DNA of 57,104 bases, the filler included, from Squatina squatina (taxonomy: Eukaryota): the NCBI GenBank assembly GCA_031763465.1. It is 4 parts of 4 records of this genome, joined end to end, with 100 filler letters (N's around TTAATTAATTAA, not from the genome) between each part and the next. Parts side by side here need not be neighbours in the genome. Positions count along the whole stretch, not along the records: positions 28,260 to 44,547 come from JARFOE010000234.1; positions 44,648 to 57,104 come from JARFOE010000004.1; 2 more parts are not named here. One strand, written 5' to 3'. Numbering within the stretch: the stretch's first letter is position 1; every line of letters begins with the position of its first letter. The notes under the pieces are model-generated. The model was not told the origin of the DNA and did no database searches. It was given only the letters and a program-made list of their open reading frames with translations. Shown piece after piece: positions 38,041 to 50,299 of the stretch. A program made the position numbers and the translations under genes.

Positions 38041-38272
38041 TAAACATTACTGGTTTTGAGATTTTCGCATGCATCTCCGTATTCATTCTTCATTTCTGCT
38101 AAAGGGATTTGCAAGATAAGGACAGCAAAGTTGTTGCTATTTTTTTCAGACCCCTCTTACTAATCTACTGATTGCATATCAAAACACCTTTTGATGATGT
38201 TAGTCCAGTCTGATTGGGATCAGCTCATTGGCTTCATATTAATTTTTCTTCTAATGTTTACTTATTTTGTAG

Positions 38273-38359
38273 GAAATCTGTATTGAAAGCCACAATGACA
38301 AGATGAAGCAGCACAAACAAAATGAAGAGGAGTACAGAACCCATCATGCTGTACAGCTG
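38273..38359 (+). CDS. JMY: JMY internal exon
   Basis: 87 nt, ttttgtag| to |gtgtgt, translating EICIESHNDKMKQHKQNEEEYRTHHAVQL (compare JMY EICIAKHNEKIQQRTRIEDEYRTHHTVQL). Confidence 0.88.
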
Positions 38360-39033
38360 GTGTGTGAAATTTCCATTTGTAATATTGTCTGTATGGTGTT
38401 ATTTGTGGTCCTCGGATAGCTAGATCTCACTATTCTCACTGCTGCCCTCTGGTACTGAAGAGATGTACTGTTAAGCTGTGCAATGATTCTGTGCAACTAC
38501 AATCTTTAGTATGAATGGTAGAGGTATTTATATTTGGATGGTATTAACGGAATCCTCATTTCTTAAAAATAGGCACAACATTGTTGTGTGCTATTTTATA
38601 AGATTAAGATTAGAGTATAAATTCTTTAGAATTTCTCTCCTTTTCAGATTATTCCTTGAAGTTGTAATAAGTTACAGCTTTGAAATTGACAGTCTTGCTC
38701 AAACGTTGACATGGGAAATGGAAATGGCACACTGGTGCAATCGCAGGTCCTTTGCTTGGGTTGAGGCTAAGACATGTTGTTGATGAAGAATAAAAGGAAC
38801 TTCACTCTGTTGTTTATTGTACAGTATATGATATGGAAGTGATTCGGGCTAACAATTGTAGCACCAGCTTTTTCCAGCTTTTCGTAACATTGGACTGTTT
38901 AATGTAAAAACCCCATAGGAAAAATGGACTGCCNNNNNNNNNNNNNNNNNNNNNNNNNNNNNNNNNNNNNNNNNNNNNNNNNNNNNNNNNNNNNNNNNNN
39001 NNNNNNNNNNNNNNNNNNNNNNNNNNNNNNNNN

Positions 39034-39109
39034 GACAGCAAGCAGCTATTAAATGCCAGAAAAAAGTTAAAGAAAACTGCATCAAGTGATGAGCTGAAAA
39101 AACAAAGAG
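39034..39109 (+). CDS. JMY: JMY exon 3' end with first WH2 motif
   Basis: DSKQLLNARKKLKKTASSDELKKQR, donor G|gtaaat, in phase with the next exon. Confidence 0.85.
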
Positions 39110-39721
39110 GTAAATGTTTGCTTTTACTGTTTAAAATGTTGATGGACTTTTTGTACTTTAACTGTTATTTCATTTTTTTCAGAATGAATAAATGCTTTCT
39201 CAGATCACAGTACAATACTTGGGTTGTTGCAGGTTATATGCCACATCGGTGCATTGAAAATTGCCAGTTTCTGCGATCATTCCTGTCAGGTCACTTGGAC
39301 AGGAGGTTTATTGGGTGTTTGAATTGGGTAGCATATGGACCAAGACGGAGTTTAGGAGAGTTGCTCAAGACCTCCCTTTCAATGAGATGGAGCTGGGGGT
39401 TGGTTTCTAGCTCCTCAAAGTTGGTGCAATTTGGGGGAGGTTGTGGTCAGGGTTGACTGGAGTGAGCTAACTGGGAAGGTGCCCAGACCACTTGGTGTTT
39501 CCCCAGTGCCAACCGCAGCTCGTCTATCACCAGGTCTGATCAGCAAAGTCCCACAGGTGCATGGTTGATCACCGGGTATTGGTTGTGTCACAGCGGGGGA
39601 TGCATTTTCTTTATGCATTGTTTAAAAATGCAAACTCAATGAGGCTGTATGTTAGAAGACATTCATATAAGTTTAAGTGATTCTGTTTCTGTACTAATGT
39701 CTGAACTTTACCCTGTTACAG

Positions 39722-39890
39722 TGAGCTCACCAATGGATGAAGTTCTAGCTTCCCTGAAGCGGGGTAGCTTCCACTTGCGAAAAGTTGACCTGCGTTCTCT
39801 GCCTCCGTTTCCAGATGAAGATGACAGCAATAATATACTTGCACAAATTAGGAAAGGAGTAAAGTTGAAGAAGGTTCAAAAAGAGGCCCT
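39722..39890 (+). CDS. JMY: JMY last coding exon (WH2 b and c), truncated by gap
   Basis: tgttacag| then (V)SSPMDEVLASLKRGSFHLRKVDLRSLPPFPDEDDSNNILAQIRKGVKLKKVQKEA. Confidence 0.95.
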
Positions 39891-42800
39891 NNNNNNNNNN
39901 NNNNNNNNNNNNNNNNNNNNNNNNNNNNNNNNNNNNNNNNNNNNNNNNNNNNNNNNNNNNNNNNNNNNNNNNNNNNNNNNNNNNNNNNNNNNNNNNNNNN
40001 NNNNNNNNNNNNNNNNNNNNNNNNNNNNNNNNNNNNNNNNNNNNNNNNNNNNNNNNNNNNNNNNNNNNNNNNNNNNNNNNNNNNNNNNNNNNNNNNNNNN
40101 NNNNNNNNNNNNNNNNNNNNNNNNNNNNNNNNNNNNNNNNNNNNNNNNNNNNNNNNNNNNNNNNNNNNNNNNNNNNNNNNNNNNNNNNNNNNNNNNNNNN
40201 NNNNNNNNNNNNNNNNNNNNNNNNNNNNNNNNNNNNNNNNNNNNNNNNNNNNNNNNNNNNNNNNNNNNNNNNNNNNNNNNNNNNNNNNNNNNNNNNNNNN
40301 NNNNNNNNNNNNNNNNNNNNNNNNNNNNNNNNNNNNNNNNNNNNNNNNNNNNNNNNNNNNNNNNNNNNNNNNNNNNNNNNNNNNNNNNNNNNNNNNNNNN
40401 NNNNNNNNNNNNNNNNNNNNNNNNNNNNNNNNNNNNNNNNNNNNNNNNNNNNNNNNNNNNNNNNNNNNNNNNNNNNNNNNNNNNNNNNNNNNNNNNNNNN
40501 NNNNNNNNNNNNNNNNNNNNNNNNNNNNNNNNNNNNNNNNNNNNNNNNNNNNNNNNNNNNNNNNNNNNNNNNNNNNNNNNNNNNNNNNNNNNNNNNNNNN
40601 NNNNNNNNNNNNNNNNNNNNNNNNNNNNNNNNNNNNNNNNNNNNNNNNNNNNNNNNNNNNNNNNNNNNNNNNNNNNNNNNNNNNNNNNNNNNNNNNNNNN
40701 NNNNNNNNNNNNNNNNNNNNNNNNNNNNNNNNNNNNNNNNNNNNNNNNNNNNNNNNNNNNNNNNNNNNNNNNNNNNNNNNNNNNNNATTGGTACTGTAAA
40801 ATTTTAGTTAATAAAATGGGCTAATAGGGATAGCAAGTAAAATAATTTACTGCAAAATAATAGTTTTACGGTACTTCAGATTATATAGAATTATATAGCA
40901 AGTTGATTTTAAAAGCTGTTTATATAGAAAAATCACATATCGATCCAATTAAGTTATAGGTTGACCAACTTAACATTTGTTCAAATTATCAATATGTGCA
41001 TAAACAGATTGCCTTATGTGTGTCTGAAGATTCCTTTTGAGAAGTCCTGGATAAAAGTCTATCCACTAAATATGTGAATTTGACTGACAAAATTCAGATA
41101 TTTCCCAAGTCTTTTAAAACCCAAGCTTGGTGTCACTTAGCCACTTACTACATCTTGATTTATCTTTTCTCCTCTGACTTTTTCAAAATTGGCCATGTCC
41201 TGTACTACGGGCCTCGGCCCTTCACCTAGGCTTCTAGGTACATACAGAAAAAAAGCATGGCTCTGAAACATTCAGTCACATAGCTAGAGTCAAATTGCAC
41301 TATCTATGTGGATATTTTAAATGCAGAATCCTGGTTCCTACTGTGTGCTTAACTTTATTACAGAGGAGAAGTGCACTTAAATAGAATCTAGTATGACACC
41401 GCACCTGTATACAGAGGAGTGCTAACCCACAATATCAGTTTTCTTGTCATAGGTTTAATGATCTAAATGTCTATTCAGAGGAATGCCTTCTTGATATTCC
41501 TCTTGTGGCTCTAACCCATTTACTTGAGGGCTGAAGCTATGGGTGGATCCCACGTGAATGGCTCTGTTGCCTTTAGATTTGGAACCAGAGGGAGCAAGAA
41601 TATGTCACTACCAGAAAGAAGAGAACATTCAAATGTTTAGGGTATAAAGCTTCCAGTATAAGCGTCAGAGTTGTGTTAAATAGAATAATCTTTGGGGAAG
41701 CAAAGCACTCGTCACGGCCCTAATTGAAATGGTACAGAATTGAATCGTTTCAGAAAACTTACATATGTGAGGAAAATTTCATTTAGATTCAATAGGAATT
41801 GGTTGGAAATCTAGATTTTAAGTAACACTGAACTGACATATTTGTATTTATTTTATTTATTACTTGTGTATATCATAGACTGTAGAACTGCTTTGCTGTT
41901 ANNNNNNNNNNNNNNNNNNNNNNNNNNNNNNNNNNNNNNNNNNNNNNNNNNNNNNNNNNNNNNNNNNNNNNNNNNNNNNNNNNNNNNNNNNNNNNNNNNN
42001 NACTAATTCAATTTGCAATATGTGACGACATCACCTCCCCCTCATGTAAGACAGCATGAATGTAACAGCACAAAACCTACAGTAAGGACAGAAATCAAAA
42101 TGTTTGAGACAGATTCAAACGCATCCATGTAACAGGACCCCAACATTTCAGTTGCCTTGCTCATCCCTACCCGTATGCTTTTAAATTTGGTCGGCAGTCT
42201 TACTGCAAAAATTGCCTATCCTTTTTTCTTATTTGAGTGCCTGCAAGAATTATGTTGTAGCACTTAGACAGATATTTTTTAACAGAAGGCATGATTCCAG
42301 GATTATCTATTGGTTATATCCATAGAAACACAATGTGGAAAACAGTGTGTTTATAAGTGATCATTATCCATTAAAGTAGCATCAACAACCAATTGGGGAG
42401 GAAGAAAGCAAGCAGAACCTTGTCAGGACATTGCTGAACAGAGTTGCTATGAATTCTAAATCCGAACATCAGAGCTGTTGTGCCACATTGTACCTTTTAG
42501 TGCACTGATCAAACACATCCTAAACTGAAAATGAAGAAAATGTACAACTTCTTCTGAAACAGCATGTGGATATGGAAGTATCAATTGCTTTGGCTATTGA
42601 TTTTATCTGCTCTGTTGTAGCTTCTTGCATATTTATAATTTAATAATTATGCTTTTTAAATTAGGCAGTAGTGCTGAGAGTTCATTTTGGGATTGTTTTA
42701 TATTTTTGATCTCTGTGCATGCGTGTGTGAATTATTTGATTATTTAGCTGCATAAAACTGATTTACAAAAGAGCAATTATTTATTTTCACAAGCATTCTG

Positions 42801-44309
42801 TATGTATTAGAAGAAAAAAAACACTACATAGATTTGCTTGTTAATCAGGTTTTATTTTGTTATTCATGACGAAGCCAGTTTAAAATTTTAGTTTTTAATA
42901 AGTATTTTTAAATACTAGACACTTTTAAACCGTCCCTGGCACTATGGTAATTTTTAGTAATGTATCGTATCATAATCTAACCTTCTGGAGGACTTGGTGA
43001 GTTTTAATGTATTTTTAAGCCCATGTTTAGATGAACCCAGGGCAATCCTCTTTTTTAAAAAAATAATAAACTGACTCAGTTCTGAGGTTGATGAATACTG
43101 TGCATAGGATTGTTTTCCAAAGGATNNNNNNNNNNNNNNNNNNNNNNNNNNNNNNNNNNNNNNNNNNNNNNNNNNNNNNNNNNNNNNNNNNNNNNNNNNN
43201 NNNNNNNNNNNNNNNNNNNNNNNNNNNNNNNNNNNNNNNNNNNNNNNNNNNNNNNNNNNNNNNNNNNNNNNNNNNNNNNNNNNNNNNNNNNNNNNNNNNN
43301 NNNNNNNNNNNNNNNNNNNNNNNNNNNNNNNNNNNNNNNNNNNNNNNNNNNNNNNNNNNNNNNNNNNNNNNNNNNNNNNNNNNNNNNNNNNNNNNNCAAT
43401 ATCAGCTTGCAATGTGCATGTGTTGCTTTAGACAGTCTGGGAAGGGGAAGAAAATCAGCAAGTAAAATTCCTTGATTAAGCCTTGATTATGCATTAGATA
43501 ATTTTGGAGTGATGTATCTGACCTCCTAAATTCAGACTTAACTGTAATGATTGCACAATGTGGCTGCAGGCAGCACATAATGTTGACCTTGCAATTGTTA
43601 GGCTGCTGTTACAGGTGCTTATGTAATATTTTATAAGCATTTTGAAGTTGTGCAGTGGTGTGGTTCATTTGCATGATATTTTCCAGTACAGTATTCATTG
43701 GTTGCTTTAATTTAAATTAAGGAGTAATTTAGAGCTTTTTGCCTATGGGCTGCCCAGCACATCAACTATTTTTTGTGACATTGACCCTTTTAATAGTTAT
43801 AATTTCTTTAGCTGGTTAGTAATCACTTGCTCTTCTGTGATTACTGGTATAAAACTTGAGTTCAGTTCCTGTTAATAATCCAAAGTGCTGCATATTACTA
43901 CATGCAAGAATTGGATTGCAATAGTAAACTGGTGTGTATGTGTGAGAGAAACAAATTTCAAAGAGAGAAAATGCTTAAATAAATGTTCTCCCTGTTTAAT
44001 TAATATTTTGTTCATGCTAGTGTTTATTTTTTCTAATGGTGATTATGAACTGTTTGAGCTGTAGTTTTCTTACAAGTGCTACATTAGGTTGAATCTTTGT
44101 GTCCGTTTCACATCCATTCACTATTTTGAATCGACACATTTCAAATTTTCATAAAACATGAATTTATATGTAGTTAGTTATTTAGGAAGTAAAATTCCAA
44201 ACATTTAACAGATTCCTCTGTCTGTTATTGATGGGATGATTGAAAAAAACACCAAACAAGAACCATTGTACAAACAGATTGACTGATGATGAGGGGGCAG
44301 CAATTACAT

Positions 44310-44547
44310 GACGTGTCCACAAATCACTGAAAGTTAACAGGCAGGTGCAGCAAGCACTGAAGAAAGCAAATGGTCTGTTGGCCTTTATTACAAGAGGATT
44401 TGAGTACAGTAGAAAAGACGTCTTACTGCAATTATATCGGGCCTTGGTGAGACTGCACCTTGAGTATTGAGTACAGTTTTGGTCTCCTTACCTAAGGAAG
44501 GATATACTTGCCATAGAGGGAGTGCAATGAAGGTTCACCAGACTGAT
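44310..44547 (+). mobile_element. CR1 LINE ORF2 fragment
   Basis: VHKSLKVNRQVQQALKKANGLLAFITRGFEYSRKDVLLQLYRALVRLHLEY. Confidence 0.88.
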
Positions 44548-44591
44548 NNNNNNNNNNNNNNNNNNNNNNNNNNNNNNNNNNNNNNNNNNNN

Positions 44592-44603
44592 TTAATTAAT
44601 TAA
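44592..44603. other. Synthetic scaffold linker TTAATTAATTAA
   Basis: 44 N + 12-mer + 44 N. Confidence 0.95.
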
Positions 44604-44647
44604 NNNNNNNNNNNNNNNNNNNNNNNNNNNNNNNNNNNNNNNNNNNN

Positions 44648-44745
44648 CCCGAAACGTTGACTCTGTATTTCTCTCCACAGATGCTGCCTGACCTGCTGAG
44701 TTTTTCAAGCTATTTTTGTTTGTATTCCAGCATTTCTGCTGTTTT
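44648..44745 (+). repeat. Right arm of palindromic interspersed repeat (possibly a Penelope-like terminal repeat)
   Basis: cccgaaacgttgactctgtatttctctccacagatgctgcctgacctgctgag matches the arms at 53848-53911 (inverted) and 54664-54750. Confidence 0.65.
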
Positions 44746-46502
44746 GTGATGGATAAACACTGACCTCCAAAAAGGAGAGCAGAACGAGAACAAATTAATT
44801 TACAGAATGCATGAATCGACCACCTTAGGTTAAGTACTTCTAATTTTACAACTCTTAGTACATTACCCTTACACTATACATCTCCTTTAAGAATTTAAAC
44901 ACTGTCACTGCATCACATTGCAGCTGAGATTTCAATGCTAATCATGAAATTGCTTTGTGCAGTAGTAGCAATTGTATGAAATTTTTCTGTCCCGTGTTAT
45001 GTCAACGGTGTTAGTTTGCTTTAAACAAATGAGCTTCATAAAATATTGGATGCTAGAATTTCATACACTTTAATGCATTTTGCATGCTACTGCTGCTCAG
45101 AGAATTTTCACTCCATTCATTTTGACATAGGCATTTTGTAAACATTTTTAAATACACAAACCTACAGTTTAAACAGCATTACTTCATAAAATGATGCCCA
45201 TACTCTACAATTTCTAAAGATAGTGGTTTAGAAAATAATGTTTACATAGTCTCTTTTTTACCGTTGCTACTTATTACAGCTGTAGCAAAACTGAAATAAA
45301 AACCAGAGAGTTCCTCACCTTATACTGCCAGGCCTGTCATCTCAAACTGAAGCTTTTATCTGAATAGGGTTTAACAATCCTACCCTGTCAATTGCTCCAG
45401 CAGTACATGACTATAGAAGCTTTGCTTCTTTGTATTTGCTTTGCTCCCAGTCTGGCCTTGACTCAAATCTTTTTACTAGGAGCCTTACATTTGAATTTAA
45501 AAAAAAAATTACAGTCTTAAATTGACGAATGAAAACAAAATTGAATCTTGTAAAGATAGATGCTTCAGATTATTATCATAAAGTGAGTTAATTGTATAAT
45601 ATTGTGACCGAGGTTTCAATTAAAATTGAATTTCTTTATCATCATTTGCTTAAAACGTCTCTCTGGCAGAACCTATAATTTAAAGAAACACTCCTTCATA
45701 AATATGCTCACAGAAGATAAANNNNNNNNNNNNNNNNNNNNNNNNNNNNNNNNNNNNNNNNNNNNNNNNNNNNNNNNNNNNNNNNNNNNNNNNNNNNNNN
45801 NNNNNNNNNNNNNNNNNNNNNAGGGGTTTGAATTTCATTCTACTCAGTTCTTCACCTGAGGCACATTAAACAAGGAGATGTTGAATATAAGTTGTAGCCT
45901 CTCCGTCCAGTTGAATTGGAAATTGGAGGCGCAGGTCATGCCTGTGCAATCTCTGGCACCTTTTGGTGGCTGTCTATAGAATCGTGCCCTGGAAATAGGT
46001 TGTGTGCATGCAACAAGGATTGTTGGACTTAACCAAAAATGTCCCAATAAACTGAAATAAAAAATAAGCTTCCTCTGTAATTTTTACTTGCATTGCAAAA
46101 CAGTTATTCATTCTCATTGTATTGCCATTTCTCTATTAACTTCTATATCCTGATAGATTTTTCCCATGCAAGTAGCGCCTTGATGACGCAAATGTCATAA
46201 CTGTGCATCCATCTGATTCTCCTCAGAGACAGAGACTTGCTGCGTTAGAGAATATGAAGTTGATTTAAAAAAATGTTAAAATCAGAAATCTAGGATTTGC
46301 CTCTGGACTATTGGGAGACACTCTTGCCTCCATTGGAAAAATAAGATTAAAAACACACAGTGCCCTGCAACATTTATGATTGGTGGCAGTATGAAGGTGC
46401 CTCTGAGAGAAATGTTCTGAGGCCCAGGGAGGTCGGATGCTGATAATTTTAAAAGTAGCTTGCACATGTTCTTCCCCATAATTTGCCTGACCATAGTTGC
46501 AG

Positions 46503-47016
46503 GAGTGGATTTTGACACCGTGAATGATTTGCCGCCCCATTCTGCCCTTCATGTGACCAACGTAATCTTCCCCTTGGCCTCCCGCTGGGAGGTTGGAGTG
46601 CCCATCTGCTTGAGGCAGTTGGCCCGATTAAAATGTAAATCAAGGTCCTGTGATCCCATTGCCATTTTTAAATAGTACTGAACAGGCAGAGCGTGTGCAC
46701 TGCATGCTTAGCTCAGTATCAGCTGACAGTCCGGCCAAAGAGAAGCTGACATGTAATTTTTTTAAAAATTTAAAAAAATTTGGGGGGTCCTGGAGGAGCA
46801 GGAGTGTTCCTCCGGGCTCCACAAAACCAGGCTGGACTGCTGCTGCTCTGAGTCCCCCCCCTACATCCGGAAATCGGATCTTCCACCCCCACAGACCACC
46901 CATTTTCCAGCTCCATAGGCTGGCCGGCCGGACCACCCGATTATTGCTGCTCCAGGGGGCTCGTTTTCTGCCTGCAGCCTATCTGGCCGCTGAGGCTTGG
47001 CCCTCAAAATAGACCC
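46503..47016. mobile_element. MITE / non-autonomous DNA transposon
   Basis: Imperfect TIRs gagtggattttga ... tcaaaatagaccc, GC-rich interior with an AT palindrome. Confidence 0.6.
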
Positions 47017-49439
47017 ACTCATTCAATTTAAAAGAAACAATTTGTTTGTAAATAAGTATATCATGCCAGACTGAATTGAAAGCAATGAGCAGTAGGGGTT
47101 CGGAGCAATGAAATGTCAGGTGTCAACACTTCATAAAACTGCTGTGGGGTCCTAGAGAAATGATGTACAAGAGTTCCATTAGCATACACTTGAGTTCTAG
47201 ATGCTTGAGGATACTGCAACACAACATTTTGGTTGACCAGAAAAAGCAGAGGACCACAAACAAATCACCATAGGAAGGTATTTAAATCTAACCCTCTGGG
47301 TTCCAAATATATGACCTGGGTTCATTCAGTGGGAACTAGTTAATAGAACTTAGTGAAAAATTGCAGACCTTGACAAATGCTTTGACCAGGGCCTGATATT
47401 GCTCCAAAAAGGAGACCTTTTCTTTCCAAAGCTTTAACTGTGAAATAAAACCTAACAATCTCAATCACACTGTGAAGATAACACTCCTCTGTTGCATTTC
47501 ATGAGTTTTTCCATGAGGCCATCAGAATCCCAGTTTTCCAATTATAATGAAAAAGAGCCTAGAACCAAATAGAAGACGATTTTGTTAGAAAACCAGTGTA
47601 ACATGTAAAAACCCTATCCAATATGTCTTGTATATATCATTGGTGAGGCTACATTTAGAATACCTTGTGCAATTCTAAACATTTTAGGTTGATTCCGTAA
47701 TCTAGCACTCCCTGGGAATGTTACTCTCTTCCGAAAGTGCTGGATAGCAAAATCACCCTTTCTATCTTCCAAAGAACATTGATAAATTGGGCAGAGTTCA
47801 TTCAAAGAAGAGGATGTATCAGGCACTTCAGGCCCGAAGCTCTGTGGAATGGCTCATAGACTGAAGGTACTTTTATTAGAAAAAAGAAAATTCATGGACA
47901 AAAAAATTCACACCGGCGTATGCACTTTGATCTTCGCACCTGTATTCTCATCATGAGAAGCTCTCCAGTCAGAGTGCAAACATTTACCCTGAAATCTTTT
48001 AAAGTTTGTATATTTGCAGTGAATTTTGTCTTCCACATCAGGAGGTGCATTAGGAGACCTCCAACCAGACATTCAATAATAACATACAATCAAGTCAAAT
48101 AAAGGTCATGTGATGATTCACTTGCATTACAATATATCCTTTTGAAGGTTTTTAGCATATTTTATGGCGTTTAATCATATTCATGTAATATGGTTGTCTT
48201 GCAAGATAACTTCCGACTGATAGGTTTTTTAATACATATTTCAGAATCCTACAGCTTTCTACTTATGAAATTCCATTAATAAAGAATGGCAACTATATAT
48301 CAACTCCACCATTTCAGCATTCAGCCTGGGGACAATACACTGTTTCTAAAGGAACATATTTATTCATGAATACAAGCATATGTTTATTACTAACTTTCTA
48401 GATATGATTGGGGTTGCACTTAAGTACTACGGCTCAGTCAAGGTTTTTAATTTCTTCAATGAATTTAGGGAAATCAATCTTATTTATGGGATCGTGTTTA
48501 ATTACTTTTGGAGCAGAATTAACCTTCTTTTGCTAATGAATGGGCATGCCTCGGGCNNNNNNNNNNNNNNNNNNNNNNNNNNNNNNNNNNNNNNNNNNNN
48601 NNNNNNNNNNNNNNNNNNNNNNNNNNNNNNNNNNNNNNNNNNNNNNNNNNNNNNNNNNNNNNNNNNNNNNNNNNNNNNNNNNNNNNNNNNNNNNNNNNNN
48701 NNNNNNNNNNNNNNNNNNNNNNNNNNNNNNNNNNNNNNNNNNNNNNNNNNNNNNNNNNNNNNNNNNNNNNNNNNNNNNNNNNNNNNNNNNNNNNNNNNNN
48801 NNNNNNNNNNNNNNNNNNNNNNNNNNNNNNNNNNNNNNNNNNNNNNNCCACCATCTCCAACTTTATTTCTACACATTGTAGCATCTTTGTGGTCTAATTG
48901 GAATCACATCACACATGCAGTGATGTTTGCTTGAAGTCGGGTATCACATTCGAAGATTGCGCCTTGACTTAAAATCCCCATTTATAAGACGAGAGATGGG
49001 GGAGGGGGGGACATATTTCACAATAAAATAATAATGGCATATAATTTCCATAAAAGCTGAATATGTATGGTATTTTTCCATTAAAAAGTAATTATGACTG
49101 AATCTCTACAAATACTAAATGCCAGCTACTGGAAACAGCTGTGTAAAGTGGCTTTAAGCTACAGCGAATGACCCATAAAGACCCACAGTCAATGAGTTAA
49201 TATATTCTAGAAGCAGAAGTGTGTAGTCACATTTCTAATGACAACTGTCACGTCTTTTAAGTACTCCATTTATAAATTTGTTAATTTATTCATATTTAAT
49301 TTGAATACTGAAATGTGACAGGTTGGGAAATAGTCTCAATTTTTGCTAAAGAATAATCTTCTCCTTCAAAATGTCATTACACAAAATTGTTATGAAAAAG
49401 TATCAAAATGCTAAAGATGCAGGAAGATGGAATAATGAG

Positions 49440-49680
49440 TAACTGGAAGAGGTTCTGTACTTTTCATGCAGAGCATTGTTAGGATATGGAATGTGCCACC
49501 AGAAATGGAAACAGAATCCATTTGGATTTTAAAAGGGAAGTGGATTGATATTTGACAAAGAAAAATGTAAAAGAGTATGGGGAAAGGATAGGCCAATGGG
49601 ATGAAAAGCACAGCTGTTTCATAGAACTGGTGCAAGGACATGGGCTGACTGACCTCTTCTCTGCTATAATATTCTATAGT
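49440..49680 (+). mobile_element. CR1 LINE 3' end, degenerate
   Basis: ttcatgcagagcattgttaggatatggaat..ccaccagaa... plus tail gggctgactgacctcttctctgctataatattcta. Confidence 0.7.
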
Positions 49681-50085
49681 CAACTTATTCACCAACAGAG
49701 AAATAATTCTAGGAGGGTTAAAGGAAACATTAAATTGGAGTTCGAGGAATAATTCATGCTGGATCTAACCAAACAGGACCTGCCGCAATAGTAACAAATT
49801 CCTCAAGTCCCCAATGTGTGAAGCTCCTTGTTGTTAAAAAATAATTTACTAAAATATACCACACAGGCAACACATCCACAATGATTACTGCCATCCTATC
49901 AGCCTTTCATGAAATATTGCACTTAAATTAGCTGTCAGATGATATGTCGGTGCCTTATAATCACTTTTCACATGTCTGATTGATGNNNNNNNNNNNNNNN
50001 NNNNNNNNNNNNNNNNNNNNNNNNNNNNNNNNNNNNNNNNNNNNNNNNNNNNNNNNNNNNNNNNNNNNNNNNNNNNNNNNNNNNN

Positions 50086-50299
50086 TCCTTAGATCCGTCC
50101 CACAATTCGCCTGCTGAAATAAACTAAGATTAAAAGTGCCCTTTAGCGCTGAAATTAGCACGTTTTTTAAAGCTGTCAGAATGTTTTTTTTCTAAGTGCT
50201 AAATTGCAGGCCTTAAAGGGAGAGTTCCAAGACCTGATCTTTGCGCTCTACAATTCGTCCCTTAACGCCAGTAACTCAGGGCAGTCGAATTGGCCGCCC
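50086..50299. mobile_element. MITE right end (cgaattggccgccc family)
   Basis: Same TIR as at 7581-7594 and 54763-54776. Confidence 0.6.

Noticed and set aside
40787-44300. Expected HOMER1 exons downstream of JMY
   Set aside because: No HOMER1-coding frame found; the sequence looks like UTR or other non-coding DNA and cannot be assigned.
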